Source: an uncultured Alphaproteobacteria bacterium
GTDB taxonomy: Bacteria; Pseudomonadota; Alphaproteobacteria; Rs-D84
DNA: 32,000 nt
Direction of reading: 5' to 3'
Assembly: GCA_963931495.1 (NCBI GenBank)
Contig: OZ007020.1
Span: forward strand, 450,001-482,000
Shown: positions 1 to 7,458 of the stretch, one piece after another
Numbering within the stretch: position 1 is the stretch's first letter
Layout of the letters: every line of letters begins with the position of its first letter
Program-made: the position numbers and the translations under genes
The notes under the pieces: generated by a model
The model's database searches: none
What the model was told of the DNA's origin: nothing
The model's input: only the letters and a program-made list of their open reading frames with translations

Positions 1-189
1 GTCCAGATCATACGGTGTCATTTCAACACGAACATTTTCGCCGACGTTCACCCAGATGCGTGCCTTGCGCATTTTGCCACATACGGTTGCCAATATTTCG
101 TGGCCATTGTCCAAGCGAACACGGAACATTGTGTTTGGTAATTTATCAACCACAGTGCCACTGAAAACAATTACATCATCTTTTGCCAT
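1..189 (-). CDS. infA: translation initiation factor IF-1, N-terminal 63 codons (3' end runs off the window)
   Basis: The reverse complement from ATG 189-187 reads [63 protein letters not shown]. This is collinear with E. coli IF-1 ([30 protein letters not shown]...). It is absent from the ORF track because there is no stop codon in the window. Confidence 0.9.
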   Translation of the reverse strand, partial: MAKDDVIVFSGTVVDKLPNTMFRVRLDNGHEILATVCGKMRKARIWVNVGENVRVEMTPYDLD

Positions 190-271
190 TTATAATCCTT
201 GGTATTTACTGTAAAATCATGGCGGTAATTGTATTATTGCGAATAAAAAAAAGCAAGATGTTTTTATGTGC

Positions 272-300
272 TTGCACGGGATGGATTGTTTTGATAAAAT
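272..300 (+). promoter_or_regulatory. sigma70-like promoter candidate for the 332..2500 gene
   Basis: TTGCAC (272-277), a 17-nt spacer, then TAAAAT (295-300), about 30 nt upstream of ATG 332. Sequence pattern only. Confidence 0.4.
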
Positions 301-331
301 TCTATGTAAAGTAATATGTAGGGTGGATTCT

Positions 332-2500
332 ATGAAACTTGGATTTTTTTTAGCCACATTGTTTTTAATCCCTGGAATTGTTAACGCCGCAGATCGCACG
401 TCGGCCAGTTCGGTGCGTGTTGGTGCCAATCGGGCGTCCCAGGTTGGCGCGCGAATGCCGACAATGACGGCCAATGTCGGTGGCGGTACAGTTGAACAGT
501 CGGCTGTGTTGACGGTGAATCCACTGACCCCCAGTCCAAGTGTTGTGGAATCTGAATCTGATGATGGGGCGGATGATTCTTCGTCGGGGGGCGCGGATAC
601 AGAAATCGTTGCAAACAGCCAGTCGTGTCGTGATGCATATCGGGCGTGTATGGATGAATTTTGTTTGCTGGATGAATCCGAGGGGAATCGTTGTGCGTGT
701 TCTGCAAATATAAACCAGGCAAAACCACTTATCCAAGAAATACAAGAAATTCAAGAAGAAGCAGATTTGCTGTATACCGAAGGGGTTGAACGTGAACAAC
801 TGGGGGGCCAGGCGCGGTTGGTATTCGGTGAAAGCGAAGCGGCACAAAAAAGTTCGCGCGTGTCGGGCATCAGCTTTGCAGATCGGATAAATATGGGGAC
901 AGAACAAGAAGATGCCGGTTTGGGCGCAGATTATGATATTGGTGAAGGGCTGTATATGATGGCGGCAGAATTCTGTGCAGACAAATTGGCGGCCTGTGGT
1001 GATGATGCCCAGATGGAAGAAATATTGTATTCACGTTTAATTGTTCAAGATTGTAAAAATTATGAATCTTATTTGAATGACCAAAAATCTATTGCGGAAT
1101 CAAATAAACGCACAGCCGAAGCGGCCGTGCGCCAGGCGCGTTTAGATATGCTGGATACAACAAACAAGTATAATCGCGGCGAATGTTTATTGGCGTATCG
1201 TTCTTGTATCGCGGACAAGGGTGGCTGCGGCGTTAATTTTGAAAACTGTTTGGATGCAGATTTGCTGCAACGCCGTGCAAATGCGTGTGAAAATGTTTTG
1301 GATCAATGCATGGCTGTGCGTGAATACGTCTTGCAGGACTGGGAAGCCGAAGCGGTTTCTATACTGGCGGATGCGGAAAAATATGCTGATCGGTATGCAC
1401 GTCAAACGTGCTTGTCACGGATACAGTTGTGTTTGGAAGACGGCTGTTCAACCAGTACGAATTCAGCATGTTTAACAGATGTTAATGTTGCCGCCGGTGT
1501 TTGCCCGGTTATTGATGAATGTGAAGCGATGATACCTGGTATCAAGGCGGTTGTTAATGACAAGTTGGGTTATCTGCGTACACAATTCTGTCAAAATGAT
1601 GTTGACCAATGTTTGCGTGACCGCTGTGGCGAAAACTTTACTGCGCCGGAATGTGTCGGAAAAAGTGCGCGTGAAATTGCCGAACTGTGTCCCCAGGATA
1701 TGTTCCCGTCATGTAATAATGAAACGCAATTTGATATCATTGTGAATGCGGCATTGTTGCAAATGGATTACCAGATGTTACAAGGCTGTTTGAATTATTT
1801 CAGTCAACAGTTGGGTGCGGTTTGCGGGACAGATATGTCGTGTCTGCCGACAGATACGTTGGTGACGTCGTTGACAGAAATTCCAGATAACCAGGAAGAT
1901 TTGGCCGCATTGCGTGAAACGTTGCGTGAAAATACAGAATTGTCGGTGGACGAATTCTTTGAACAGTTTGAACAGGATAAAACCGTGGCGGCGTGCCAAA
2001 GCAGTCAACGTCCGGCTGGTGAAAAAAGTCTGGGGGACAGTGTATTTACCAGTGCGAAGATGATTGCCCAAATTGGTGCAGAAAATCGTGCAATGCGTGC
2101 GCTGGAATCCAAGATCGCGGAACTGTCGCGTGAACAGGATTTGGCCGCGGCCGAAGAAAATTGTTATAATACTTACCAGGTTGAAAGCCCGGATGAATCC
2201 AGCAAAAATTACAGTTATATTCGCAGTGTGACATTTGAACCGGCGTTGCGTAATTGTCATGTCTGTCGTGTTCAACAGGTGTGTGAAACCGGTGGCCAGA
2301 ATGAATGGACTGGCGCAATGCAGGGATTGGCCGGTGGATTGGCCGGTGGGGCATCAATGGGAACAATGGTGTCGCCTGGTTGGGGAACGTTGATTGGCGG
2401 TGTCGTTGGCGCGGTTGGTGGCGGACTGGTCGGCGGACTGGGCAGTGGCCAAGAAGAATTCTGTCAAGAAATTGAAACGTGTGAAGATATTAATATGTAA
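332..2500 (+). CDS. secreted cysteine-rich coiled-coil protein with a C-terminal glycine-zipper segment (family unknown); paralogue of 2552..5056
   Basis: This is ORF-track frame 266..2500, with the start moved to ATG 332. That start gives a Sec-type signal peptide, MKLGFFLATLFLIPGIVNA|ADR. The mature part has an S/D-rich linker followed by many Cys in conserved blocks (SCRDAYRACMDEFCLLDESEGNRCACS, NKYNRGECLLAYRSCIADKGGCGVNFENC, CENVLDQCMAVREYV) separated by E/Q/A/L-rich helices. The tail is GLAGGLAGGASMG...GGVVGAVGGGLVGGLG and the protein ends ...CQEIETCEDINM. Confidence 0.85.
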   Translation: MKLGFFLATLFLIPGIVNAADRTSASSVRVGANRASQVGARMPTMTANVGGGTVEQSAVLTVNPLTPSPSVVESESDDGADDSSSGGADTEIVANSQSCRDAYRACMDEFCLLDESEGNRCACSANINQAKPLIQEIQEIQEEADLLYTEGVEREQLGGQARLVFGESEAAQKSSRVSGISFADRINMGTEQEDAGLGADYDIGEGLYMMAAEFCADKLAACGDDAQMEEILYSRLIVQDCKNYESYLNDQKSIAESNKRTAEAAVRQARLDMLDTTNKYNRGECLLAYRSCIADKGGCGVNFENCLDADLLQRRANACENVLDQCMAVREYVLQDWEAEAVSILADAEKYADRYARQTCLSRIQLCLEDGCSTSTNSACLTDVNVAAGVCPVIDECEAMIPGIKAVVNDKLGYLRTQFCQNDVDQCLRDRCGENFTAPECVGKSAREIAELCPQDMFPSCNNETQFDIIVNAALLQMDYQMLQGCLNYFSQQLGAVCGTDMSCLPTDTLVTSLTEIPDNQEDLAALRETLRENTELSVDEFFEQFEQDKTVAACQSSQRPAGEKSLGDSVFTSAKMIAQIGAENRAMRALESKIAELSREQDLAAAEENCYNTYQVESPDESSKNYSYIRSVTFEPALRNCHVCRVQQVCETGGQNEWTGAMQGLAGGLAGGASMGTMVSPGWGTLIGGVVGAVGGGLVGGLGSGQEEFCQEIETCEDINM

Positions 2501-2551
2501 TTTGGGCGTTTGTCCAAATTACATGTTTTCTTGTTGTCGGAGAGAGTATAA

Positions 2552-5056
2552 ATGTTAATAAAAAAATTTGTTCTGTCTGTAATGGGGATTTTTGCATTCG
2601 TTGGAACGCAAAATGCGTTTGCTGTGGCGCGAACAACAACGCAATCTGCAATCCAACAAGGAACAACGGTTCGTACAAAAATAGAAGCCGTCGGTTTATA
2701 TGACCAGGCCTGTTATGATGCGTATTTTGGATGTATGGACCAGTTTTGTATCATTGATAATGCAAATGGTGGCGCGTGCGGGTGCAGTGATGACAGTATT
2801 GAATATGAACAGGAATTTGCCGCGATTCAAGAAATTTTGGATGAAGCCACACGTTTGCGCACCGAAGAGGTTGAACGTGTTCAGGCCGGCGCAAATGCAG
2901 ATATTATATTTTCTGGGGAACGCAGATATGATGCAGACGGAAATATTATTGATGACGAAGAATTAAGTGCCGAAGAACAAAAGGCCCAAGAACGCGCAGA
3001 ATTGTTGGCGCTGTTTAATACCAGCATTTATGACGAACCAGAAGAAGATACAACAACCAGCATTGCGGATATGGTTGGTGACGAACTGTATCGCACGGCC
3101 GATGAATTGTGCGTGGCCCAGGTGCCGGATTCTTGTGCCGGGGATATTGATTTCTTGCGTCAATTATATTCGCGGCAAATTACGTCGGACTGTTTGGGGT
3201 ACAAGAATTCATTAACGGCGAAGCGGGCCGAAGCAGAACTGGATTTGGCAGATGCAGAAGCAGCAGTACGTGCGGCATTACAGGAAAGTTTTGAAAGTGC
3301 AAATAAATATGATTTGGGACAGTGTATGGTTGAATTCAAAAAGTGTATGCAGACCGAAGACGCATGTGGTGAAAACTGGGAAAACTGTGTCGCAACCATT
3401 GCCGCAGAAAATATGCAAAATAATGCCGCGGTCAGTACAGCTGGAACAGTTGCGGAATCTGTGGATACGTACAATATTACCGAATCAACAATGGACATAT
3501 TGAATACTAAACGTCCAATTTGTGAAAATGTTTTGGCCCAGTGTGTGGCTGTGCGTGATATGGTGTGGCCAAATTTCTTGAAAGAGGCCGCGCCCACAAT
3601 TCGGGTGGCGGAATTACAGGCAGAATCAAAATTCCGTCAGTCTTGTTTAACAACAATTTCTGAATGTATTACAACCGCGTGTCGCGATGATATTGCCGGC
3701 AAAGGCGTTGCCACCATGGATGCATGTTTGTCACGTCCGGAAATGGCGCGCAGTTTCTGCAAGGTTGAAATTGATCCGTGTGAACGTATGGAACCGCTGA
3801 TTTGGGGATATGTAGAAGACAAATTGGCGGCAATGCGTGTTGACGCATGTACACAAGAAGTCAAAGATTGCTTTACCGCCGACACGCGCTGTGGGGCAAA
3901 TTTTGAAAACTGTATTGGTATGGATTATGACTATATCCATGAAATGTGCCCAATTGACAGTCTGGTCGTGTGCAAGGCAAATAATCCGAATTTTTCCATG
4001 GACGATTTGGATTCTATGTTGATGGGATTGTATCTGAATATTGATAATGCAATGCTGGACCAGTGTCAAAACTTGGTTGACCAGAAAATGGCGGAAATTT
4101 GCGGCAGTACAACTGATTGTAACCGGTTTGCTGCGGATGATACAATTGGTACTGGTTCACTGCGGTCGCAGAAAGATGGCGATGTGTATCGGGTAACCGG
4201 AATGATTTCGTTCGGCAGTATTAAGATGGGTGACGCGTCTGGCCAAATGACAACATTAAATGCGGATGGTGATACCGTTAAACTGGGGCCTGGTGAAATT
4301 GGTGTTGGGGAATATATCGCAAAAATACGTGAACAAAATGCCGATGTTCCAAATGCGGATGCAATTATAAATACAATTGAAGAAGAATTGAATAATATCG
4401 CGGGGACAATTAATCGCACAATCGCGATGATAGAAGAAGATCCGGAAATTCAATATTGCGTCAGTGGACGCGACCTGTCGCAGATAACTGGTGATGATGG
4501 TGCCACGACCGAAGCGCGCTTTCCGAACCTGTTGAACCAGGTGAAAATGCAAATCGCGGTTTCTGCGTTGCGCCAGGCACAAGACAATTATAATAACAAA
4601 TTGAATACGGCGATTGCGGATGCAACCAAAAATGCATCTGCCGACATCGCGCAATACATGTGCCAGAAAATTGCAGAAAATGGCGGAAATATGCTTGCCA
4701 GTGATGCAATTGCACAGTCAACGTCGTTAAATGTTCCATATGCAATCAGTTATGATGTTGGTACAGGGTTGACCGCCGAAGACTTAACACGTGGTGGTGC
4801 CGGCGTTGTCCAGGCGGGTGGCATGACATTCAAAAATGAGGCATATTTAGGTGGCGGATCTGGACTGGAAGGCGATGGTATGACCAAAGAGGTGACAGCT
4901 GTCTTTAATCGTGATACGCGTACATGTCATATCTGTACCACTATAACGACACAAAATTGTGAAACAACCGGCAGCGTCAGTTGGTTCCACAATAACCGTA
5001 ATGTTAATTGTACAACGGAAACGTCTGGACCGGTTTGTGAAGATATTGTGATGTAG
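2552..5056 (+). CDS. secreted cysteine-rich coiled-coil protein (family unknown); paralogue of 332..2500
   Basis: A GGAGAGAG Shine-Dalgarno-like run lies just upstream of ATG 2552. The signal peptide is MLIKKFVLSVMGIFAFVGTQNAFA|VA. Its Cys blocks align with the upstream gene: ACYDAYFGCMDQFCIIDNANGGACGCS, NKYDLGQCMVEFKKCMQTEDACGENWENC, CENVLAQCVAVRDMV, QSCLTTISECITTAC. It ends ...SGPVCEDIVM, compared with CEDINM in the paralogue. Confidence 0.85.
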   Translation: MLIKKFVLSVMGIFAFVGTQNAFAVARTTTQSAIQQGTTVRTKIEAVGLYDQACYDAYFGCMDQFCIIDNANGGACGCSDDSIEYEQEFAAIQEILDEATRLRTEEVERVQAGANADIIFSGERRYDADGNIIDDEELSAEEQKAQERAELLALFNTSIYDEPEEDTTTSIADMVGDELYRTADELCVAQVPDSCAGDIDFLRQLYSRQITSDCLGYKNSLTAKRAEAELDLADAEAAVRAALQESFESANKYDLGQCMVEFKKCMQTEDACGENWENCVATIAAENMQNNAAVSTAGTVAESVDTYNITESTMDILNTKRPICENVLAQCVAVRDMVWPNFLKEAAPTIRVAELQAESKFRQSCLTTISECITTACRDDIAGKGVATMDACLSRPEMARSFCKVEIDPCERMEPLIWGYVEDKLAAMRVDACTQEVKDCFTADTRCGANFENCIGMDYDYIHEMCPIDSLVVCKANNPNFSMDDLDSMLMGLYLNIDNAMLDQCQNLVDQKMAEICGSTTDCNRFAADDTIGTGSLRSQKDGDVYRVTGMISFGSIKMGDASGQMTTLNADGDTVKLGPGEIGVGEYIAKIREQNADVPNADAIINTIEEELNNIAGTINRTIAMIEEDPEIQYCVSGRDLSQITGDDGATTEARFPNLLNQVKMQIAVSALRQAQDNYNNKLNTAIADATKNASADIAQYMCQKIAENGGNMLASDAIAQSTSLNVPYAISYDVGTGLTAEDLTRGGAGVVQAGGMTFKNEAYLGGGSGLEGDGMTKEVTAVFNRDTRTCHICTTITTQNCETTGSVSWFHNNRNVNCTTETSGPVCEDIVM

Positions 5057-5063
5057 TGTATTT

Positions 5064-5090
5064 GACCCGCCAACGGCGGGTCTTTTATTT
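5064..5090 (+). terminator. rho-independent terminator after 2552..5056
   Basis: Stem GACCCGCC (5064-5071), loop AAC, stem GGCGGGTC (5075-5082), followed by TTTTATTT. Confidence 0.7.
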
Positions 5091-5167
5091 GAATACAAAA
5101 TTCCTAGACATTTTTGAAAATAAATGTGATATTATATATGCAGGTAAACGAACAAAAGGGGTTATTT

Positions 5168-5539
5168 ATGAAAAAAATTTCTGTGATTGCGGCCTTGGGC
5201 ACAATTGCCAGCGGGGCGGCATTTGCTGATTTCCAGCCGAATAATCCGGCGCCGGTTGGTGGCGGTTTTGTTGGCGGTAATGAAATAGTTGTCACGGTAA
5301 ATCAAGTCAAAGAAATGCGCGATGATACACCGGTGATTATCCAGGGACGTATCGTTCAACGTATGGGCGATGAAAAATATTTGTTTGAAGATTCAACAGG
5401 TTCGGTAACAGTTGAAATTGACCGCAAGGATTGGCGTGGCCAGACAGTAACACCGTCTGATACAGTTAAACTGTATGGCGAAGTTGATTCGGGCATGTTC
5501 AAAACCGAAGTTGATGTTGATTATGTCCAGAAATTGTAA
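5168..5539 (+). CDS. YgiW/YdeI-family periplasmic OB-fold (BOF) protein
   Basis: The start is moved to ATG 5168, which has an AAAAGGGG SD upstream and a signal peptide MKKISVIAALGTIASGAAFA. The mature sequence ...VKEMRDDTPVIIQGRIVQRMGDEKYLFEDSTGSVTVEIDRKDWRGQTVTPSDTVKLYGEVD...VDVDYVQKL is collinear with E. coli YgiW (...SLRDDTWVTLRGNIVERISDDLYVFKDASGTINVDIDHKRWNGVTVTPKDTVEIQGEVD...). Confidence 0.85.
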   Translation: MKKISVIAALGTIASGAAFADFQPNNPAPVGGGFVGGNEIVVTVNQVKEMRDDTPVIIQGRIVQRMGDEKYLFEDSTGSVTVEIDRKDWRGQTVTPSDTVKLYGEVDSGMFKTEVDVDYVQKL

Positions 5540-5540
5540 T

Positions 5541-5570
5541 AAAAAAATCGCCCAGTTGGGCGATTTTTTT
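5541..5570 (+). terminator. rho-independent terminator; member of the ATCGCCCA-TGGGCGAT hairpin family
   Basis: AAAAAAATCGCCCAGTTGGGCGATTTTTTT: an A-run, a GC-rich palindrome and a T-run directly after the stop at 5539. Confidence 0.7.
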
Positions 5571-5575
5571 ATGGT

Positions 5576-5604
5576 TTGCATTTATACTGAATAAATTGTA
5601 TAAT
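5576..5604 (+). promoter_or_regulatory. strong sigma70-like promoter of small Cys-rich paralogue A
   Basis: TTGCAT (5576-5581), a 17-nt spacer, then TATAAT (5599-5604). The same TTGCAT-17-TATAAT arrangement recurs at 31650-31678. Confidence 0.6.
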
Positions 5605-5610
5605 TCATAT

Positions 5611-5812
5611 CGCAACAATGTGTTATTGTTGTGTGGCTTCACATCCACTGCAAAGCATCGCGATATGCGATGAAAAATTCTCCAACCAATCCGGGTTGGA
5701 GGGGTCTTGAATATATATTGAATAAAGACCGCAATTCTTTGCAGTTGTTGTGAACCTCCAACCACTTGAATTTATTTCCGGTGGTTTTTTGTTGCAAAAA
5801 TGGGGGTCAAAG
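5611..5812 (+). promoter_or_regulatory. structured 5' leader, copy A; candidate riboswitch or attenuator-like element
   Basis: There are four pairing segments: seg1 CTCCAACC (5680-5687), seg2 GGTTGGAGG (5694-5702), seg3 CCTCCAACC (5755-5763) and seg4 GTGGTT plus a T-run (5781-5790). Hairpin P2 is GGTCTT[GAATATATATTGAATA]AAGACC (5703-5730). Hairpin P3 is 5731-5742. The SD TGGGGG lies at 5801-5806. See the findings for the model. Confidence 0.5.
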
Positions 5813-6388
5813 ATGAAAAAGATATTTGTCGCCATTGTCGCGTGCATGATCTGCAACGTTGGTTGGGGTATTAATTGGGTTTGTGAAATAGACCAGTGTG
5901 ATAAAGGAACTTGGGCGCTAGATGATAATCCTTATAATAACCCATGTATGGTTTGCCCAGCCAACACATATCAAGATGGCTGTATTAATCTTGGTGAAGA
6001 GTGTACCCCATGTCCCGCGGGGACCGGCACGATTGGTGATACGGCGGCCCATCACGACAGTATTGATGATTGTATTCCGATGGAAACAGAAGAAATATCT
6101 TGTAATCCGGGATATTATTTACCCGCAAACAGTCAACAATGTACGCAATGTCCACGTAATCATTATTGTCCCGGTGGGACGTTTACAGAAACGACATCTG
6201 ATTCTGGGATAACACAATGTCCTGATAATATGTATTCACCACTGGGGTCAGATAGTGCGGATGATTGTGGGCGCGTGTTACATATTGGCGAATATATTTT
6301 ATATCTGCGCACGGCAAAACTGACCGTGCCATCACTGAATGTCCAGATTGGCAACACGATATATTACGGTGATATGTTCCCCGCGTAA
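5813..6388 (+). CDS. small secreted Cys-rich protein, paralogue A (ephrin-receptor-like/GCC2-GCC3-type CxxCP repeats)
   Basis: The start is moved from 5750 to ATG 5813, because the longer ORF would translate the leader hairpins. The signal peptide is MKKIFVAIVACMICNVGWG. The mature part has about 14 Cys in motifs CMVCPANTYQDG, CTPCPAGTGTIG, CTQCPRNHYCPGG and QCPDNMYSPLGSDSADDC. The C-terminal tail is CGRVLHIGEYILYLRTAKLTVPSLNVQIGNTIYYGDMFPA. Confidence 0.85.
   Translation: MKKIFVAIVACMICNVGWGINWVCEIDQCDKGTWALDDNPYNNPCMVCPANTYQDGCINLGEECTPCPAGTGTIGDTAAHHDSIDDCIPMETEEISCNPGYYLPANSQQCTQCPRNHYCPGGTFTETTSDSGITQCPDNMYSPLGSDSADDCGRVLHIGEYILYLRTAKLTVPSLNVQIGNTIYYGDMFPA
6002..6388 (+). repeat. left arm of a 387-bp inverted repeat (partner 14656..15042)
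   Basis: From TGTACCCCATGTCCCGCGGGG to the stop codon, the DNA is near-identical to the reverse complement of 14656..15042, with only a handful of substitutions by eye. Identity ends exactly at the stop codon. Confidence 0.85.
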
Positions 6389-6423
6389 TAATTAATATCA
6401 CCGCCATGGGGCCCGGGGTAAAT

Positions 6424-6447
6424 AAAAAATCGCCTAATTGGGCGATT
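6424..6447. repeat. third copy of the ATCGCC..GGCGAT palindromic hairpin, in the orientation that lacks a T-run on the + strand
   Basis: AAAAAATCGCCTAATTGGGCGATT. On the + strand the hairpin is followed by GACTTGGG, not a T-run. The T-run is on the - strand, where no gene ends nearby. Confidence 0.4.
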
Positions 6448-6737
6448 GACTTGGGTATTGTTTGAATGTGCCGGTTGCAAATGGCGCGGTGACTTGAATT
6501 GATATGCGCCGGTGCAAAGACGTGTAAGCGAAAAAAATTGTATGCAGCCTGGGGCGTGTTCAGAAAACTGGAAACGCATCCCGGATGTGGTCAATATATC
6601 GGATGGAATGTTTTTTTGGGGGGGGCGATGATAGTGGTGCATGGACGTAATTCAGACAGATGCCAATATTAATCTCTGGTGTTTTTATGTTTTTTTCAAT
6701 AAACATATGAATGGAATATGTTTATAATTGCAATAAC

Positions 6738-7382
6738 ATGAAATTGGAATCGTCGGGAATTTTGATATCGTTGCGACCGTTTGGGGAACGCGATTGTGTG
6801 GCACACATATTTACGTCTGGGTATGGGGTTATGTGTGGTATGATGCGTGGTGCAATGGTTGCGAAAAAAAACAGGCCTTTGGTTGGGCAAGTGGGTGTGG
6901 CATCATGGAATGCACGATTGGATTCGCAATTGGGCACATTTCATTGGGAACCAGAAAAGAACTTGGCGGCAGGTGTCATGTTGTCGCGCGGCGGATTGGG
7001 ATTTTTGAACAGTGCGTTCGGACTGATTTTATCTTTGTTGCCGGAACGCGAACAGTACAAGAATCTGTATGACCAGACGTTGAATATGCTGGATAATTTA
7101 TGTTCGGATGCGGCAACCGAATTGTACCAGAATTGGGAAATTGCCTTGTTGCGCGAAATGGGGTATGCATTGGATTTGCGATCGTGTTCAGGGTGCGGGA
7201 CGCATGACGATTTACAGTATTTATCGCCACGGACTGGGCGGGCGGTTTGTGCAAAATGTGCCGCACCATATGTGGATAAACTGTATCATTTGCCACTGGA
7301 TTTGAATGTGCTGCGGCACTTTATTAATCGTGCATGTGATGCCCAGGGTGTGGAATTGCCACTGGCGCGAAAAATTTTGTAA
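6738..7382 (+). CDS. recO: DNA repair protein RecO
   Basis: The N-terminus MKLESSGILISLRPFGERDCVAHIF is OB-fold-like. A C-terminal Zn-finger-like motif is present (CSGCG...CAKC). Length and layout are typical of RecO. ATG 6711 is an alternative start. Confidence 0.85.
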   Translation: MKLESSGILISLRPFGERDCVAHIFTSGYGVMCGMMRGAMVAKKNRPLVGQVGVASWNARLDSQLGTFHWEPEKNLAAGVMLSRGGLGFLNSAFGLILSLLPEREQYKNLYDQTLNMLDNLCSDAATELYQNWEIALLREMGYALDLRSCSGCGTHDDLQYLSPRTGRAVCAKCAAPYVDKLYHLPLDLNVLRHFINRACDAQGVELPLARKIL

Positions 7383-7458
7383 AGTTACTAATTATTCCTT
7401 GCACTGGGAATAATTTTTATGTATTGTAACTATCGTTCAACAGACAAAGGAGAAAATA

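Noticed and set aside
5670-5753. A 27-codon ORF (MKNSPTNPGWRGLEYILNKDRNSLQLL) overlaps seg1 to P3 of leader copy A. It could have been a trp-style leader peptide.
   Set aside because: It has no SD. No equivalent ORF exists in copy B, which has no ATG there. In copy C the only ATG sits in the seg1/seg2 loop, in a different register. A peptide-dependent attenuator would be conserved across copies.
5694-5763. The 9-bp terminal inverted repeat GGTTGGAGG...CCTCCAACC considered as a miniature mobile element (MITE).
   Set aside because: The internal sequence is not conserved as DNA between copies; the stems covary instead. No target-site duplication is visible. All copies sit at the same position relative to a promoter and a start codon, which fits an RNA element better.
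5750-5812. The ORF track extends paralogues A (from 5750) and B (from 15327) upstream, adding MNLQPLEFISGGFLLQKWGSK and similar sequence.
   Set aside because: The extra codons translate the seg3/terminator hairpin and T-run. The downstream ATG has the TGGGGG SD and starts a proper signal peptide (MKKIF...) that is conserved in all three copies.
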